Of a stretch of 64,000 nucleotides of DNA, positions 63,892-64,000 are shown in pieces. Under the pieces are notes generated by a model. The model was not told the origin of the DNA. It saw only the letters and a list, made by a program, of their open reading frames with translations, and did no database searches. This DNA is from an uncultured Gammaproteobacteria bacterium (GTDB taxonomy: Bacteria; Pseudomonadota; Gammaproteobacteria; Steroidobacterales; Steroidobacteraceae): NCBI GenBank assembly GCA_963706815.1, contig CAVPNS010000001.1, positions 230,802-294,801 of the forward strand, in the 5' to 3' direction. The first letter of the stretch is position 1, and each line of letters opens with the position of its first letter. Position numbers and translations under genes: made by a program.

Positions 63892-64000
63892 ATGCAGCCT
63901 ATGTCTAGAATGTCCGCGCTGGTGGCCCTGTCGCTGTGCCTGGGCGCCGGCGCCGTGAGCGTGGCGGTCGCCGAGGAGACGCTGGAAGAGATCCAGGTCG
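63892..64000 (+). CDS. 5' end of a probable TonB-dependent receptor (runs off the window end)
   Basis: GGGAGA lies 6 nt upstream of the ATG at 63892. My translation is MQPMSRMSALVALSLCLGAGAVSVAVAEETLEEIQV, a signal peptide followed by an LEEIxV motif as at the start of many TonB-dependent receptor plugs. Only 36 codons are visible. Confidence 0.45.
   Translation, partial: MQPMSRMSALVALSLCLGAGAVSVAVAEETLEEIQV

Overview
Very GC-rich bacterial chromosomal DNA. The uvrC-pgsA-tRNA-Gly(GCC)-tRNA-Cys(GCA) order is the one known from gammaproteobacteria; I cannot place the taxon more precisely. I found no transposase, integrase, phage gene, CRISPR array or recognisable defence system, so this looks like core chromosome.

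Content falls into four groups:
- Housekeeping metabolism: fatty-acid beta-oxidation genes, the thrA-thrB-thrC operon, acnA, purB, fumC, mnmA, two DAHP synthases of different classes, kynA and an ALDH7-type dehydrogenase.
- Envelope and secreted proteins: an S8 protease, a DegP/HtrA protease, an M16 peptidase pair, an ABC/FtsX/AttH triad and the start of a TonB-dependent receptor.
- Dense signalling: four histidine kinases, three GGDEF/EAL proteins, a CheY-like regulator, a receiver-like Hanks kinase and an orphan CheA-type ATPase protein.
- Two tRNAs.

Main observations:
1. Three kilobase-scale blocks (about 10.35-13.4 kb, 21.06-28.04 kb and 39.1-44.9 kb) have nearly every gene broken by many frameshifts. 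The blocks between them carry long intact ORFs. Sequence-quality mosaicism is the most likely cause, not biology, and it must be resolved first.
2. The S8 protease has a GlyGly-CTERM-like sorting tail that appears only after a 1-nt correction in a G-run. The corrected stop then forms an ATGA overlap with the next gene.
3. Two directly oriented paralogous kinase/REC-GGDEF-EAL modules lie about 46 kb apart. The second heads a four-gene operon in which every junction overlaps.
4. A promoter-to-terminator unit of about 280 nt with no credible ORF is a candidate small RNA.
5. There are several pure A/T islands and small repeats.

I did not find a convincing previously undescribed multi-gene system. 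The best candidates are reported with modest scores.
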